Assembly: GCA_963744715.1 (NCBI GenBank)
Contig: CAVUUR010000009.1
Location: forward strand, 102,864 to 166,863
Reading direction: 5' to 3'
Length of the DNA: 64,000 bases
Source of the DNA: an uncultured bacterium
Lineage (GTDB): Bacteria > Babelota > Babeliae > Babelales > JACPOV01
Part shown: positions 40,689 through 50,552 of the stretch, one piece after another
Layout: each line of letters starts with the position of its first letter
How positions within the stretch are numbered: position 1 is the first letter of the stretch
The notes under the pieces: generated by a model
Told to the model about the DNA's origin: nothing
Database searches by the model: none
The model's input: the letters and a program-made list of their open reading frames with translations, nothing else
Translations under genes and position numbers: made by a program

Positions 40689-41621
40689 ATGAAACAAGAT
40701 ATAACAGTATTGATAGGATTGTTGCTTGTGGAGATTCAAGTACCCATTTTTTCTATGCAACTGCCGAGGTTCGACAATGATTTAAAAGTTCGAAAATATG
40801 GTATGCAAAAAAAACTGTTAGCAGATGACGAAATTGTTATGTTAGTGCAATACGTTGCCTTGCAAGCAGGGAAATCTAATGCCACTCACATAGTAATCGA
40901 AAATAATAATAATTCTTTAGCGGATCTCAAAAGCAGGATGTGCTATAAAGAAGATGTTATTGTTATTCCTGTTCCCATGGAACGTGCATTACGCAAGAGC
41001 ATGAGATCAAAGCGTAAAAAAGAACAACGATACAAATATCGTTTTTTAGGCTCATTATTGCATGAATTTGGACACATTGAATACGAAAAACAATCTTTTC
41101 AAGAATTACACCATGCGCCATATAATCCTGTGTATTGGCATAATTCCGAAATTATTTTAAAACATATGGGCGGTAAAAATATTTCTAGTTTATTAGATCA
41201 ATTAGCTGAACGATTACATAATCCAACGAAAATATTAGCCCCGAGATTTATAGAAGTATTAGTTTTCATAAGGAAAAATAAAACTTCTTTGGATGAAAAA
41301 TATGCCAGCCGCATCTTGGAAACTCAGGCTGATAATTTTGCTTGTTTGTGTTTAGCGACCATGAAGGATCAAGAACAAGCTATAGAAATTGCACAAACAA
41401 GGGCTGATTATTATCGAAAATTACATACTATCTATGAACAATGGTATCCTCATTTAAATGAGGGTAAGGGGACGCATCCAACTCCTCAATCACGCTCCGA
41501 TCAATTCAAAAAAAATGCATGGGCTTTAAGGAGAAATAGTGTCATGAAAGGCATTGAGCGAGCTAAAATCTGGAATGGGGACTTTGGAAGCATATTTAAC
41601 GTAAGCAATAAGAAATTTTAA
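40689..41621 (+). CDS. Secreted zinc metallopeptidase, M48-like
   Basis: LLHEFGH (HExxH), ETQADNFA (ExxAD) and THP....R motifs. Confidence 0.7.
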   Translation: MKQDITVLIGLLLVEIQVPIFSMQLPRFDNDLKVRKYGMQKKLLADDEIVMLVQYVALQAGKSNATHIVIENNNNSLADLKSRMCYKEDVIVIPVPMERALRKSMRSKRKKEQRYKYRFLGSLLHEFGHIEYEKQSFQELHHAPYNPVYWHNSEIILKHMGGKNISSLLDQLAERLHNPTKILAPRFIEVLVFIRKNKTSLDEKYASRILETQADNFACLCLATMKDQEQAIEIAQTRADYYRKLHTIYEQWYPHLNEGKGTHPTPQSRSDQFKKNAWALRRNSVMKGIERAKIWNGDFGSIFNVSNKKF

Positions 41622-41744
41622 TATTTGAAGTATGCCGAGCAATAAAATTTATTGTACTATAATTTATCCTTCACAAATACGCCGTTTTAGTTTAGGCTTA
41701 ATTACAAGATTTTTGAATTACTATTATCTTTGAATCTATGTAAC

Positions 41745-41820
41745 GGGCCCATAGCTCAGCGGTGAGAGCAATCGGCTCATAACCGAGAGGTCCCAGGTTC
41801 GAATCCTGGTGGGCCCACCA
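41745..41820 (+). tRNA. tRNA with CAT anticodon, probably tRNA-Ile2 (lysidine)
   Basis: GGGCCCA/TGGGCCC acceptor stem, CTCATAA loop, TTCGAA T-loop, CCA end; anticodon arm is Ile2-like. Confidence 0.9.
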
Positions 41821-41875
41821 ATAGTATAATTATCTTGATTATCTGGACCATTCTAAGAATGATAAAGGAGCTTCG

Positions 41876-42586
41876 ATGAGTGAGTATCCATTACAAAAAT
41901 TTATTGATCTTATTGAATATGATCAAACCATTCTTTCTTTAGAAAAACAATTAGAAGAAGTACAACACGCAATCGATGTTGCTTATAATCAGGTAAAAAA
42001 TTGTCAGGAAAGCGTTGACAACATGAAAGCCACTAAACATGGTTTTAAAAAAGAAGTTGATGCTAAAGAACTGGAAATGAAAACATTAGATGAGCAAGAG
42101 CGAGAAAAAAAAAGAAAACTTGATCAAACAGAAAACTACCAAGAATATCAAGTTATACAATCTGAAATTAATTCATTAAAGAAGGATCAAGCTAAGCGCG
42201 AAGCGGATCTTGTAGCAGTGTGGAAAAATCTTGAATCATTTGAACAAGAATACGAGCAAAAAAAAAAATATTGCCAAGACGAAAAAAAATCGCTTGATAC
42301 CAGTATTGCTGACCAGATGAAAACCGCTGAAACCTTGAAGAAAAATCTTGATGAACATATGAAACACCGTTTAGAAAAAGAACAAGGTATTCCTACCGAA
42401 TGGCTTGACCGTTACGCAACCATGCGAGCTAAAGTTTCTAATCCGGTTGTTCCTTTAGAGCATGAAAGTTGCACTGCCTGTTTTTATAGAGTTCCGCAGC
42501 GTGATTTGACCGATTTGCGTAAAGGAAAATTATTAGTATGTAAAGATTGTTTTAGATTTTTATATATAAAACCTCCAATAACATAA
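41876..42586 (+). CDS. Coiled-coil protein with C4 zinc ribbon (DUF164 / CT398 / HP0958-like)
   Basis: Long coiled coil followed by CTAC...CKDC.R.LY. Confidence 0.85.
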   Translation: MSEYPLQKFIDLIEYDQTILSLEKQLEEVQHAIDVAYNQVKNCQESVDNMKATKHGFKKEVDAKELEMKTLDEQEREKKRKLDQTENYQEYQVIQSEINSLKKDQAKREADLVAVWKNLESFEQEYEQKKKYCQDEKKSLDTSIADQMKTAETLKKNLDEHMKHRLEKEQGIPTEWLDRYATMRAKVSNPVVPLEHESCTACFYRVPQRDLTDLRKGKLLVCKDCFRFLYIKPPIT

Positions 42587-42600
42587 GTGTACGTGCAGCT

Positions 42601-43125
42601 ATGTCTACTCACAAACAATTAGCTATTTTTGATTGTACCGAGCCCGTAAAAAAAGTTGATAAACATGCTACAATATGGCGCCTTTTTATTGATGGTGCAT
42701 CACGTAAAAATCCCGGTATAGCCGGTGCCGGTATTTACTTGGTTAAAAATGATAATGAAGTAGTTAAAAAAAAGGGATTCTATTTAGGACATAAAACTAA
42801 CAATCAGGCAGAATATTATGCATTATTGTTAGGTGTTTTTACGAGCAAACATGTTCTTGAAGCTGATGATTTACTGTATATAGTTTCTGATTCAGAACTT
42901 TTAATCAAACAATTAAAACAGGAATATAAGGTTAAAAATCCTGAACTTCAACGGCTTTATCAGTGTGCTCTTGCATTACTTAAAGGAATAAATTATTCAT
43001 TCTGCCATGTATTGCGAGAATATAATACACAAGCAGATGCGATGGCAAATCACGGTATTGACCAAAAAGGGGGCATTCCTGCTGCTTTCTTAAAAATGTT
43101 ACAAAGTCATGATATTTCATTTTAA
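42601..43125 (+). CDS. rnhA: Ribonuclease HI
   Basis: DGASR.NPG.AGAG, TNNQAEY, SDSEL and RE.N..AD..AN motifs. Confidence 0.93.
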   Translation: MSTHKQLAIFDCTEPVKKVDKHATIWRLFIDGASRKNPGIAGAGIYLVKNDNEVVKKKGFYLGHKTNNQAEYYALLLGVFTSKHVLEADDLLYIVSDSELLIKQLKQEYKVKNPELQRLYQCALALLKGINYSFCHVLREYNTQADAMANHGIDQKGGIPAAFLKMLQSHDISF

Positions 43126-44419
43126 TAGATTTTTTTCGCTACTCTTTTTCTTTCTGAACATAATATGCATGCATCTGCATGGTAACAAAAAAATTGAAAC
43201 GCGGAAAAATGTCGTAAAAAATACACAAAAAATAACATCAAAAAAAGTTGTAGAATCAAAGAATAAAAAAGTTACCGTAAAAAAAGATGCAGCATGGTTA
43301 ATTTCTTCGCTATGCCCCTTAACCAGATATAACAAAAAGAACACGCACGTATTATCATTTAATGTCCGCGTATTGCTTGATGAATTAGTATCGGGTAAAA
43401 CTGATTGGATACTAGAATCTGAGCATGGATTTATCGTGAAAGCTTTTAATAGTTCTGAGCGCATAGGATATCGGTGCAGAACTCTTACAATCACGGTTCA
43501 ACATGGTGCGCTCTTTATTAATCGCAAAAAAGTTATTGCTAAACATATTGTTATTACCGCAGCGCGGGGAAATATTATCACTTTTAATGACAAAAACTAT
43601 GCAGGATCGTTTTCAGTATTAGTTGATAAACCGTATGGATATTTAATTAACGAACTTGATTTAGAAGATTATGTTGGCTGTGTATTGTATGCGGAAAGTT
43701 GGCCTGGCTGGCCGCTGGCTGTTAATAAAGCGTTTGCCATAGCCAGTAGAAGTTATGTAATGGCGCGTATCGTTGAATCGGAAAAACAAAAAAAACCATT
43801 TCATATAAAAAATACCAACATTCATCAAACGTATAAAGGCGTTCATACTAATTCGGTATTAAAAGAAGCGGTTGATCAAACCAGAGGATTAGTTTTGACC
43901 TATAACAAAAAACCGATTGAAGCAATGTTTGATTGTTGTTGCGGTGGCGTTATTCCTGCCTATATTGCCGATGTTGATTTCAAAAAAGCTCCTTATTTGG
44001 CACGCAAATACCGCTGCAACTACTGTAAATCGGTTAAAATTTATACATGGAAAGCAGAATATTCTACTGAAGAGTTTGAAAAAATATTACAACAGGCAGG
44101 ATATCCGATAAAAAGGATTAAAAAAATAAAAATACTGAAAAAAGATAAAGCGGGGCTTGCTCAAACGATTGGTATTTATGGTTCTAAAACAATCACCATT
44201 ACAGGTAAACAAATTTATTCATTGTGTAGTAACATTAAAAGTTATTCTTTTGATATAGAAAAAAAAGGAAAAATCATTTTGGTAACGGGACGCGGTTACG
44301 GACATCACCTCGGTATTTGTCAGTGGGGTGCGCGCAGTATGTTGGATTCTGGTAAAAATTATGCAGATATTTTAAATTTTTATTATCCAGGTACGGTATT
44401 GATGGAATTACGAATGTGA
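43109..44419 (+). CDS. SpoIID/LytB domain lytic transglycosylase
   Basis: INELDLEDY..CV...E, A.AIASRSY, Q.YKG and GYGH.LG.CQWGA motifs. Confidence 0.9.
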   Translation: MIFHFNRFFSLLFFFLNIICMHLHGNKKIETRKNVVKNTQKITSKKVVESKNKKVTVKKDAAWLISSLCPLTRYNKKNTHVLSFNVRVLLDELVSGKTDWILESEHGFIVKAFNSSERIGYRCRTLTITVQHGALFINRKKVIAKHIVITAARGNIITFNDKNYAGSFSVLVDKPYGYLINELDLEDYVGCVLYAESWPGWPLAVNKAFAIASRSYVMARIVESEKQKKPFHIKNTNIHQTYKGVHTNSVLKEAVDQTRGLVLTYNKKPIEAMFDCCCGGVIPAYIADVDFKKAPYLARKYRCNYCKSVKIYTWKAEYSTEEFEKILQQAGYPIKRIKKIKILKKDKAGLAQTIGIYGSKTITITGKQIYSLCSNIKSYSFDIEKKGKIILVTGRGYGHHLGICQWGARSMLDSGKNYADILNFYYPGTVLMELRM

Positions 44420-44459
44420 TTATACTAATACCATTTAACAAAATACTAAAAGGAATTAT

Positions 44460-44918
44460 ATGCCTGGTTATCGAGGTCATCTTGTAGGCGGAGGCGTTGC
44501 ATACCTTTGCTTGTTATGTATTTTTCATTCGTATGTTGTTTCACCATTAATAGCTTTTGAATGGTTTCTATGTGCGTTGTTGGGCTCGTTATTTCCTGAT
44601 ATTGATACGAAAAGCAAAGGTCAGAAATTATTTTACCAAGGTTTTTTAATAATATTTATTGTGCTGCTCATGCAAAGGAGATTATTACTCATGGCGGGGC
44701 TCAGTATAGCTTCAGTATTTCCGCTGATAGTAAAACACAGAGGAATTTTTCATTCAATATGGTTTTTAATGGGCAGCATGATGCTTTTGTTATTCTATAT
44801 CAATAAGCAATTTCCCGTGTACGCGCCGCTGGTTTTTTTTGATGGTATATTTTTTATGGCGGGTATTATTTCTCATCTTTGGCTTGATTTGGGTATAAAA
44901 AAATTATTTAGACTGTGA
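44460..44918 (+). CDS. Membrane-bound metal-dependent hydrolase (YdjM-like)
   Basis: H, GSLFPDID, HRG.FHS and SHL.LD motifs. Confidence 0.85.
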   Translation: MPGYRGHLVGGGVAYLCLLCIFHSYVVSPLIAFEWFLCALLGSLFPDIDTKSKGQKLFYQGFLIIFIVLLMQRRLLLMAGLSIASVFPLIVKHRGIFHSIWFLMGSMMLLLFYINKQFPVYAPLVFFDGIFFMAGIISHLWLDLGIKKLFRL

Positions 44919-45886
44919 TCATGATGTAACAACTTGAAATCAGTAACAGCAAAAATATATTTGTTGTCACGATCTGGTTTAGAAGATATGGTAGAGATAT
45001 GAGAAAAAATATTTTTTAAGCTTTGTAAGATATGCGATTCTTTAGTGACATATTTTTCTGAATTTAACGTATCAAAAATTGCATTAAACAATGCGTGTGT
45101 TTTATTAATGACATTTTCACTTATAGTAGAATTATTATCATCGAGCATATATTCTTTTTGAGTATGTAAAGCATTAAAAAATCCTTTGGAATATGCTTTA
45201 ATAGGATACCACCTTAACGGTGACTCTTCTATCGTACGATACAATACTTGTGCAGTTAGCCAGGTTAATTTTTGAATATCTTTATCCTCTTGATTAGATG
45301 CGGTTGCGTAGCAACCTACCATCAATTGTAAGAGAAGCTTTGATTGTTGAGCATCGTTTTCTTCCGGTATTTTTTTTATTGGAATGAATAGGTTGATAGA
45401 AGCATCCGGGCTTACATTGGGATGATGCTCGGAAGGAAATATTTTTTGCAACGATAGCAAAAGATTTTCTGGTAGTGTGTCGGATGAATACATCATTTGT
45501 TGTAAATAACGATTGTCTCTATTGTCATATGCAAGGTAGTCATTTTGCACTATGCCGTTCTTAATTTTCCATGTACGTATACCTTGATAAATTAATGCTA
45601 CAAGGTCTAAAGTAGTATTGTTTTCTAACGTTACCTTGTCGGATGGTTCCGTTTGCGAAAGGTTTTTTTTGAATTGCTCTAATTTTTGTTCAAACTTCTT
45701 AGGGTCAATACTTCTCCCGATAGAAGAAAAATTGTTTATAATTTTTTCTTCTTTTATTTTTTGCTCATCAATTTGTTTATTTTTTAATTTTCTTTGCGTT
45801 GAATATTTTTTCATGGCGCTTTGCAGATTGCATGGCGTTGATAATGCGATTGCAAAAAAGAATACAAAAAAGAGATAATTATGCAC
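44873..45886 (-). CDS. Hypothetical secreted protein
   Basis: Signal peptide ending QSA-M; 337-aa ORF. Confidence 0.65.
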   Translation of the reverse strand: MHNYLFFVFFFAIALSTPCNLQSAMKKYSTQRKLKNKQIDEQKIKEEKIINNFSSIGRSIDPKKFEQKLEQFKKNLSQTEPSDKVTLENNTTLDLVALIYQGIRTWKIKNGIVQNDYLAYDNRDNRYLQQMMYSSDTLPENLLLSLQKIFPSEHHPNVSPDASINLFIPIKKIPEENDAQQSKLLLQLMVGCYATASNQEDKDIQKLTWLTAQVLYRTIEESPLRWYPIKAYSKGFFNALHTQKEYMLDDNNSTISENVINKTHALFNAIFDTLNSEKYVTKESHILQSLKNIFSHISTISSKPDRDNKYIFAVTDFKLLHHDHSLNNFFIPKSSQR

Positions 45887-47285
45887 GGATGTCTCCTGGA
45901 GTAAGCCAAGAAATTATACCTAGGGTGCACGTACTAACTATAAATCCAGGAATTAACGGTAATACAGTTGCATCTAATAAAGGCCATAATCCAGCGGTTA
46001 ATGCTCCGCTAACAATACCGGCTAGTGCGGCCTGCTTTGTAATCTTTGTACTATATAAAGAAGCTATCAATACCGGACTAAAGGCACTGCCAAGGCCAGA
46101 CCATGCATACGTTACTAATCCCATCACGGTTGAGCTATTACGTGCTGCGATGATATAGGCAAGAATTGATACGATAACAATGCTTATTCTAAATACCCAA
46201 ATGGTATGGTTATTGCTTTTTGATAGAATATGCTGTTGGTAAAAATCATGGGTAAGAGTACTGCCAACAACGAGAATCTGCGTATCAATAGTGGTGATCG
46301 TTGCTGCAATAATGGCACATAATATTATACCGGCAATCAATGGTGTGCATAATTCTTGGACCATGACAACAAAAATCAGTTCAGGATTAGCTAATGTTGT
46401 AAAATATGCGATTCCTAATAAACCTATTGCGGTTGCACTGATAAGGGTAATTATTTGCCATGTCATCCCAACGTATTTAGCTTTTTTCATGGTATCTACA
46501 TTATCAAGCGCCATAAAATTAACAATAATATGGGGCATGCCAAAATATCCGGCTCCCCACATAATACCATTAGCTATTGCAATGAGATTTGTTTTTGAAA
46601 ATGATGGAATGAATGAGAGAGGAACATGCTTAATTGCCGCCGCTTGAATAATATTTTGTATGCCGCCAATATGGAAGAATGCTATTATGGGAACGATCAT
46701 AATAGTAATGAGCAAAAAAATTCCTTGAAAAAAATCGTTCCAGGCCCGTGCAATAAAACCACCAATGAGAAGATAAAAAATAGCAACGCTCAGCCCGATT
46801 ATGATACCTACGTGATAATTAATATCAAAAATAGATTCAAAAACTCTTCCCATACCCGTTAGCCCGGAAGCAATATAAGGAATAAAAAAAATAATCATAA
46901 CCGCGCTACTGGTCATTCGTAATATTTTTGTGGTGTCAGCATAGCGATGCTCAAAAAAAGAAGGGAGTGTGATGCTTTTGTATTGTTCAGTAATAATGCG
47001 TAATTTTGTAGCAATAAACTGCCAGGTTAAAAACATACCGCCGATTAATCCAACCGCAATCCAGGCGCTTGGTAATCCGTGGGTATAAATTGCTGCCGGA
47101 AACCCCATAAAAAGCCATGCGCTCATGTCACTGGCATGGGCAGCTATCGCCGTTACCCAATAATTGAGTGAACGATTGGCGAGCATAAAATCGGTTGTTG
47201 AAAATGAGCGTTTATGCCAAAAAAAGCCGGTACTAATCAAAAGAATGCCGTACAGGAGTAAAATTATAAGAAATAATATATTCAT
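45879..47285 (-). CDS. putP: Sodium:solute symporter, PutP (proline) type
   Basis: ASDMSAWLFMGFP, GYFGMPHI..NFM and AWSGLGSAF.P motifs; many TM segments. Confidence 0.85.
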   Translation of the reverse strand: MNILFLIILLLYGILLISTGFFWHKRSFSTTDFMLANRSLNYWVTAIAAHASDMSAWLFMGFPAAIYTHGLPSAWIAVGLIGGMFLTWQFIATKLRIITEQYKSITLPSFFEHRYADTTKILRMTSSAVMIIFFIPYIASGLTGMGRVFESIFDINYHVGIIIGLSVAIFYLLIGGFIARAWNDFFQGIFLLITIMIVPIIAFFHIGGIQNIIQAAAIKHVPLSFIPSFSKTNLIAIANGIMWGAGYFGMPHIIVNFMALDNVDTMKKAKYVGMTWQIITLISATAIGLLGIAYFTTLANPELIFVVMVQELCTPLIAGIILCAIIAATITTIDTQILVVGSTLTHDFYQQHILSKSNNHTIWVFRISIVIVSILAYIIAARNSSTVMGLVTYAWSGLGSAFSPVLIASLYSTKITKQAALAGIVSGALTAGLWPLLDATVLPLIPGFIVSTCTLGIISWLTPGDIRA

Positions 47286-47424
47286 GAATTCCCTTTTGAA
47301 TGCTTGTGATAATATTGGGTATTTTTAACTAAATGAGTGAATTACCGTTAAAACTACCCCAAGGGGAAATGCATAATAATGTTTATTATAATTCATAATT
47401 AAGTACCAGATAAAGTTTTTCTTT

Positions 47425-47453
47425 ATAGTACGTTAAAGAGCAATTTCTGTAAA
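47425..47453 (-). promoter_or_regulatory. Sigma70-type promoter TTTACA-17nt-TACTAT for the putP-like gene
   Basis: Read on the reverse strand. Confidence 0.5.
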
Positions 47454-47578
47454 GACATTTTGATGCATATTTCCCATTTTTTTATCTAAAATATTGTTTT
47501 TTTTGCAGATTACTTTACAGTAAGCATGCTATTTGTTTCTAATGTTAATTTTATTTATCAATAAAATATAGGTTTGTT

Positions 47579-48145
47579 ATGAAAGAAAATTGCACATACT
47601 ATTCTTTTTTGATTTTTTTTATTGTTTTTTCTATGCAGGCTCAATGGAGAGATTCACAATTTACTACAAAAAACCTAAAACAATTAAAAACTAAAGAGTT
47701 TTTTAATGAAATAAATCAGCTTAAAGTAAATAATGAAAGCCTAAGGATAAAAGTTGAAGAACAAAATAATATTATTGATTACTTAAATAGAACCATAAAA
47801 GACAAGGAGCAAGAGGTAATTTCAGCAGGAACCGTTGTTATTGATGATGCTGCGCAGCAAATAATCATAAAGAACGGAGCAACGGCATATTTACAAGCTC
47901 AATCAAAACAAATTTTTAATAAAGGGACTTTACATATAGAAGGACCGTTTGCAGGTTCTATAATCAATGGCCAAACAGGAGAAGTAATAGAAAGCCGAGG
48001 TGATGGAAAAATAATCGTACATAATAATGCTTTACCAAGGGACTCTAATGACTTTGTGTGGGGTGTTTTTGCCGGCGCTTCCTTGTTCGCTGCCGTCGGT
48101 GGACTTGTCTATGTTGCTCATAGCAAATTAGTTCAAAAACAATAA
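47579..48145 (+). CDS. Hypothetical protein, signal peptide plus C-terminal TM anchor
   Basis: Short coiled coil and beta-rich segment; motif shared with the next gene. Confidence 0.7.
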   Translation: MKENCTYYSFLIFFIVFSMQAQWRDSQFTTKNLKQLKTKEFFNEINQLKVNNESLRIKVEEQNNIIDYLNRTIKDKEQEVISAGTVVIDDAAQQIIIKNGATAYLQAQSKQIFNKGTLHIEGPFAGSIINGQTGEVIESRGDGKIIVHNNALPRDSNDFVWGVFAGASLFAAVGGLVYVAHSKLVQKQ

Positions 48146-48200
48146 TATTTTGATGACGTCGGGTAATTTTTTATATACCATAGAGCTTTTAATATAATGA

Positions 48201-48680
48201 TTGTATCTGATTAAAAGGATTATGGTGAAAAAAACAATTATCCTGATTTGTTATTTTGGTACGTTAACGGGTACTAGTTTATTTGCAAACAAATCTCAAT
48301 ATCACGGATTGTATGGCGCGCAAAATATGCACAGTAGTTGTTCTATGCACCGAAGTGTACTAAGAGATTTAGAATGTCCCGAAAAAAATTTTTCCAAAAG
48401 TCTTTTTAATCAAACAACGTTTGTTATCCAAGATAGTTTGACTGACATTGCCAAAATAACGGTAAAAGGGGGAGCAACGTTACACGTGTATGGCACGTTA
48501 GTAAAAGAAGTTATCAATGAAGGGACTATCACTATACGGGAGATTAACCCAGAATGTATAAAAAATAAAAAACTTGTACAACGGAAAAAGAATTTTTTTT
48601 GTGGTTTTTTTACCGGCTTTTCATTATGTGCATTGAGTTATTGTGCATACGTTATGTATAGTGACCTACCTCAAGCATGA
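48201..48680 (+). CDS. Hypothetical protein, paralog of 47579-48145
   Basis: K.GAT....N.GT..I and F..G.F.G.SL motifs; start uncertain. Confidence 0.65.
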   Translation: MYLIKRIMVKKTIILICYFGTLTGTSLFANKSQYHGLYGAQNMHSSCSMHRSVLRDLECPEKNFSKSLFNQTTFVIQDSLTDIAKITVKGGATLHVYGTLVKEVINEGTITIREINPECIKNKKLVQRKKNFFCGFFTGFSLCALSYCAYVMYSDLPQA

Positions 48681-48813
48681 TGTAATAGCATTTAATTAGT
48701 TTGGCTTCTAAAATACGGAAATTTAAAAGCTGTTTACTTTTAACACAAAACTGCTATTCTTTTATATTAGTAATATTATTTTATTAGTGTGCTTATTTTT
48801 CTTATGTTAAAAA

Positions 48814-50028
48814 ATGTTAAGAGGTTTTATGATTATCAAATTAGATTTTAACGCTATGCGCAAAGGCATTCTGACGGGCTTAATGCTTATTTCCATAGGC
48901 GGTTCTTCCCATGGCCATGCTTCATATATTTTTGATCAAAATACCACAAAATTGGCCGTTAATACGGTTATTGCTATTGGGTTAGGCTGTGGCATATGTA
49001 AATTAGGTTACGAAGCATATAACTTATATGAAGTACATGCGCTCAACAAATTTTGCAACCGCCTTGCAAACAATGAAACAACTTCAATTAACATTATGAA
49101 TCATGAAAGAAATACTATTTTCTTAGATGATCAGCAATTGGTTAACGGATATGCACGCAGAATGGATGATTATGTTGCCTTATGCAGAAATGTTGCTGAT
49201 GATAAAATAAGCCTTTTAGCTATTCAAGGTATAACCAATCATGACATATCTGCTTGGAAAAATAATGCCAAAGCTATAGATGTTATACAAAAAGCAGAAC
49301 AATTTGCTCATGACAATGCAGATCGTTTGCACACAATTACAATGCGTTGTAGTTTTTTGCATGAGCGTAAGGCACTTATTGCATTAGCACATCTTGTGGC
49401 AACAGAAAATCAATCTTATTTTGAAAATTTGATTACTACCGTACGTAATCAAGGAAGTATTTCTGAAAGTATAGTGCGAACATGCTATCCTAATTGTGCT
49501 TGGCCTCTTCGAAAGGCGTGGCAAGAAATTGAAAAACGAAAACATGAATATATGCAATTATTACCTAAGGTTAATGCGTATGCAGATATCAGTATCGGTA
49601 GTTGCAGCCAAAAATATGTTGAATTAGCCAATGTTATCATTAAAGAATATGCGCATACGCAATCATTAATAGCAGGATTTTCTGCCTACACTGATGATCT
49701 TCGCATAGAAAAAGAATTTGAATTAAAAGAAGAGCTTGCTCGTCAAGAACGCATAAAAGCTGAGGCTATGAAAAAATCAGCAGATGCTCAACAGCGCCAG
49801 GCTTATGCACAAGAAGAACAAAATATTAATGCAAAAGAAAAAGAATTAGCATTGTGTAGAAAACAGTTAAGTGAAGTTAAACGACGTATTTCGCGCGGTG
49901 ATACCAATTATTACCTACTACAAGAAAAATATCAGTTACAAGATAGAATTAGAGACCTCAAAATAGAATTATATGGATCATGGTCTATCTTCCAATCATT
50001 CTTTGAAGTATTAATTGATCAAGATTAA
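48814..50028 (+). CDS. Hypothetical secreted coiled-coil protein
   Basis: N-terminal hydrophobic segments, C-terminal E/K/Q-rich coiled coil. Confidence 0.7.
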   Translation: MLRGFMIIKLDFNAMRKGILTGLMLISIGGSSHGHASYIFDQNTTKLAVNTVIAIGLGCGICKLGYEAYNLYEVHALNKFCNRLANNETTSINIMNHERNTIFLDDQQLVNGYARRMDDYVALCRNVADDKISLLAIQGITNHDISAWKNNAKAIDVIQKAEQFAHDNADRLHTITMRCSFLHERKALIALAHLVATENQSYFENLITTVRNQGSISESIVRTCYPNCAWPLRKAWQEIEKRKHEYMQLLPKVNAYADISIGSCSQKYVELANVIIKEYAHTQSLIAGFSAYTDDLRIEKEFELKEELARQERIKAEAMKKSADAQQRQAYAQEEQNINAKEKELALCRKQLSEVKRRISRGDTNYYLLQEKYQLQDRIRDLKIELYGSWSIFQSFFEVLIDQD

Positions 50029-50032
50029 CAGG

Positions 50033-50070
50033 AAGAGTGTTTATGAAGATGCTTCTTTATAAACACTCTT
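50033..50070. terminator. Stem-loop between convergent ORFs
   Basis: AAGAGTGTTTAT...ATAAACACTCTT 12-bp inverted repeat. Confidence 0.6.
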
Positions 50071-50224
50071 TATCTTTAGCATTCGGAATTAATTTCTGAA
50101 TAGATTGCAGTATTTTTATTTCAAGCTGTGCTTGTTGCTCAATCTCATCGTTATCGAGGCGTTTTTCAAGATATTGTTGGAAGCTTTTTGTTTTCATAAA
50201 TACTTTTTCCCGTGCAATTGATTA

Positions 50225-50536
50225 TCAAGAGGCATTATCCGGTTGATGGTATAATGTTTCAAATTTTTCAAAATATTTTTGTGCATATTTAGAATTTAAT
50301 TGACGCTGTTGGCCATCACAACCATTATTAATATCGGAACCTGTATAGATGCCATTTACATAAAAAACGTTAATCATATATAATCTTTTAGCGCCATATG
50401 ATTCAGGATATCTTATTTGCGTTCCATAGTATCCATTGTTTTCTTCGTCATAACTAATATCCCATTGCTTTTCCATGCATTGAGCAGTCGCACATAGCAA
50501 CGCTACAAGTATGCTGTAAATAATTTCTTTATACAT
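50225..50536 (-). CDS. Hypothetical secreted protein
   Basis: MYKEIIYSILVALLCATAQC-M signal peptide. Confidence 0.6.
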   Translation of the reverse strand: MYKEIIYSILVALLCATAQCMEKQWDISYDEENNGYYGTQIRYPESYGAKRLYMINVFYVNGIYTGSDINNGCDGQQRQLNSKYAQKYFEKFETLYHQPDNAS

Positions 50537-50552
50537 GCTATTCCCCAGTAGG

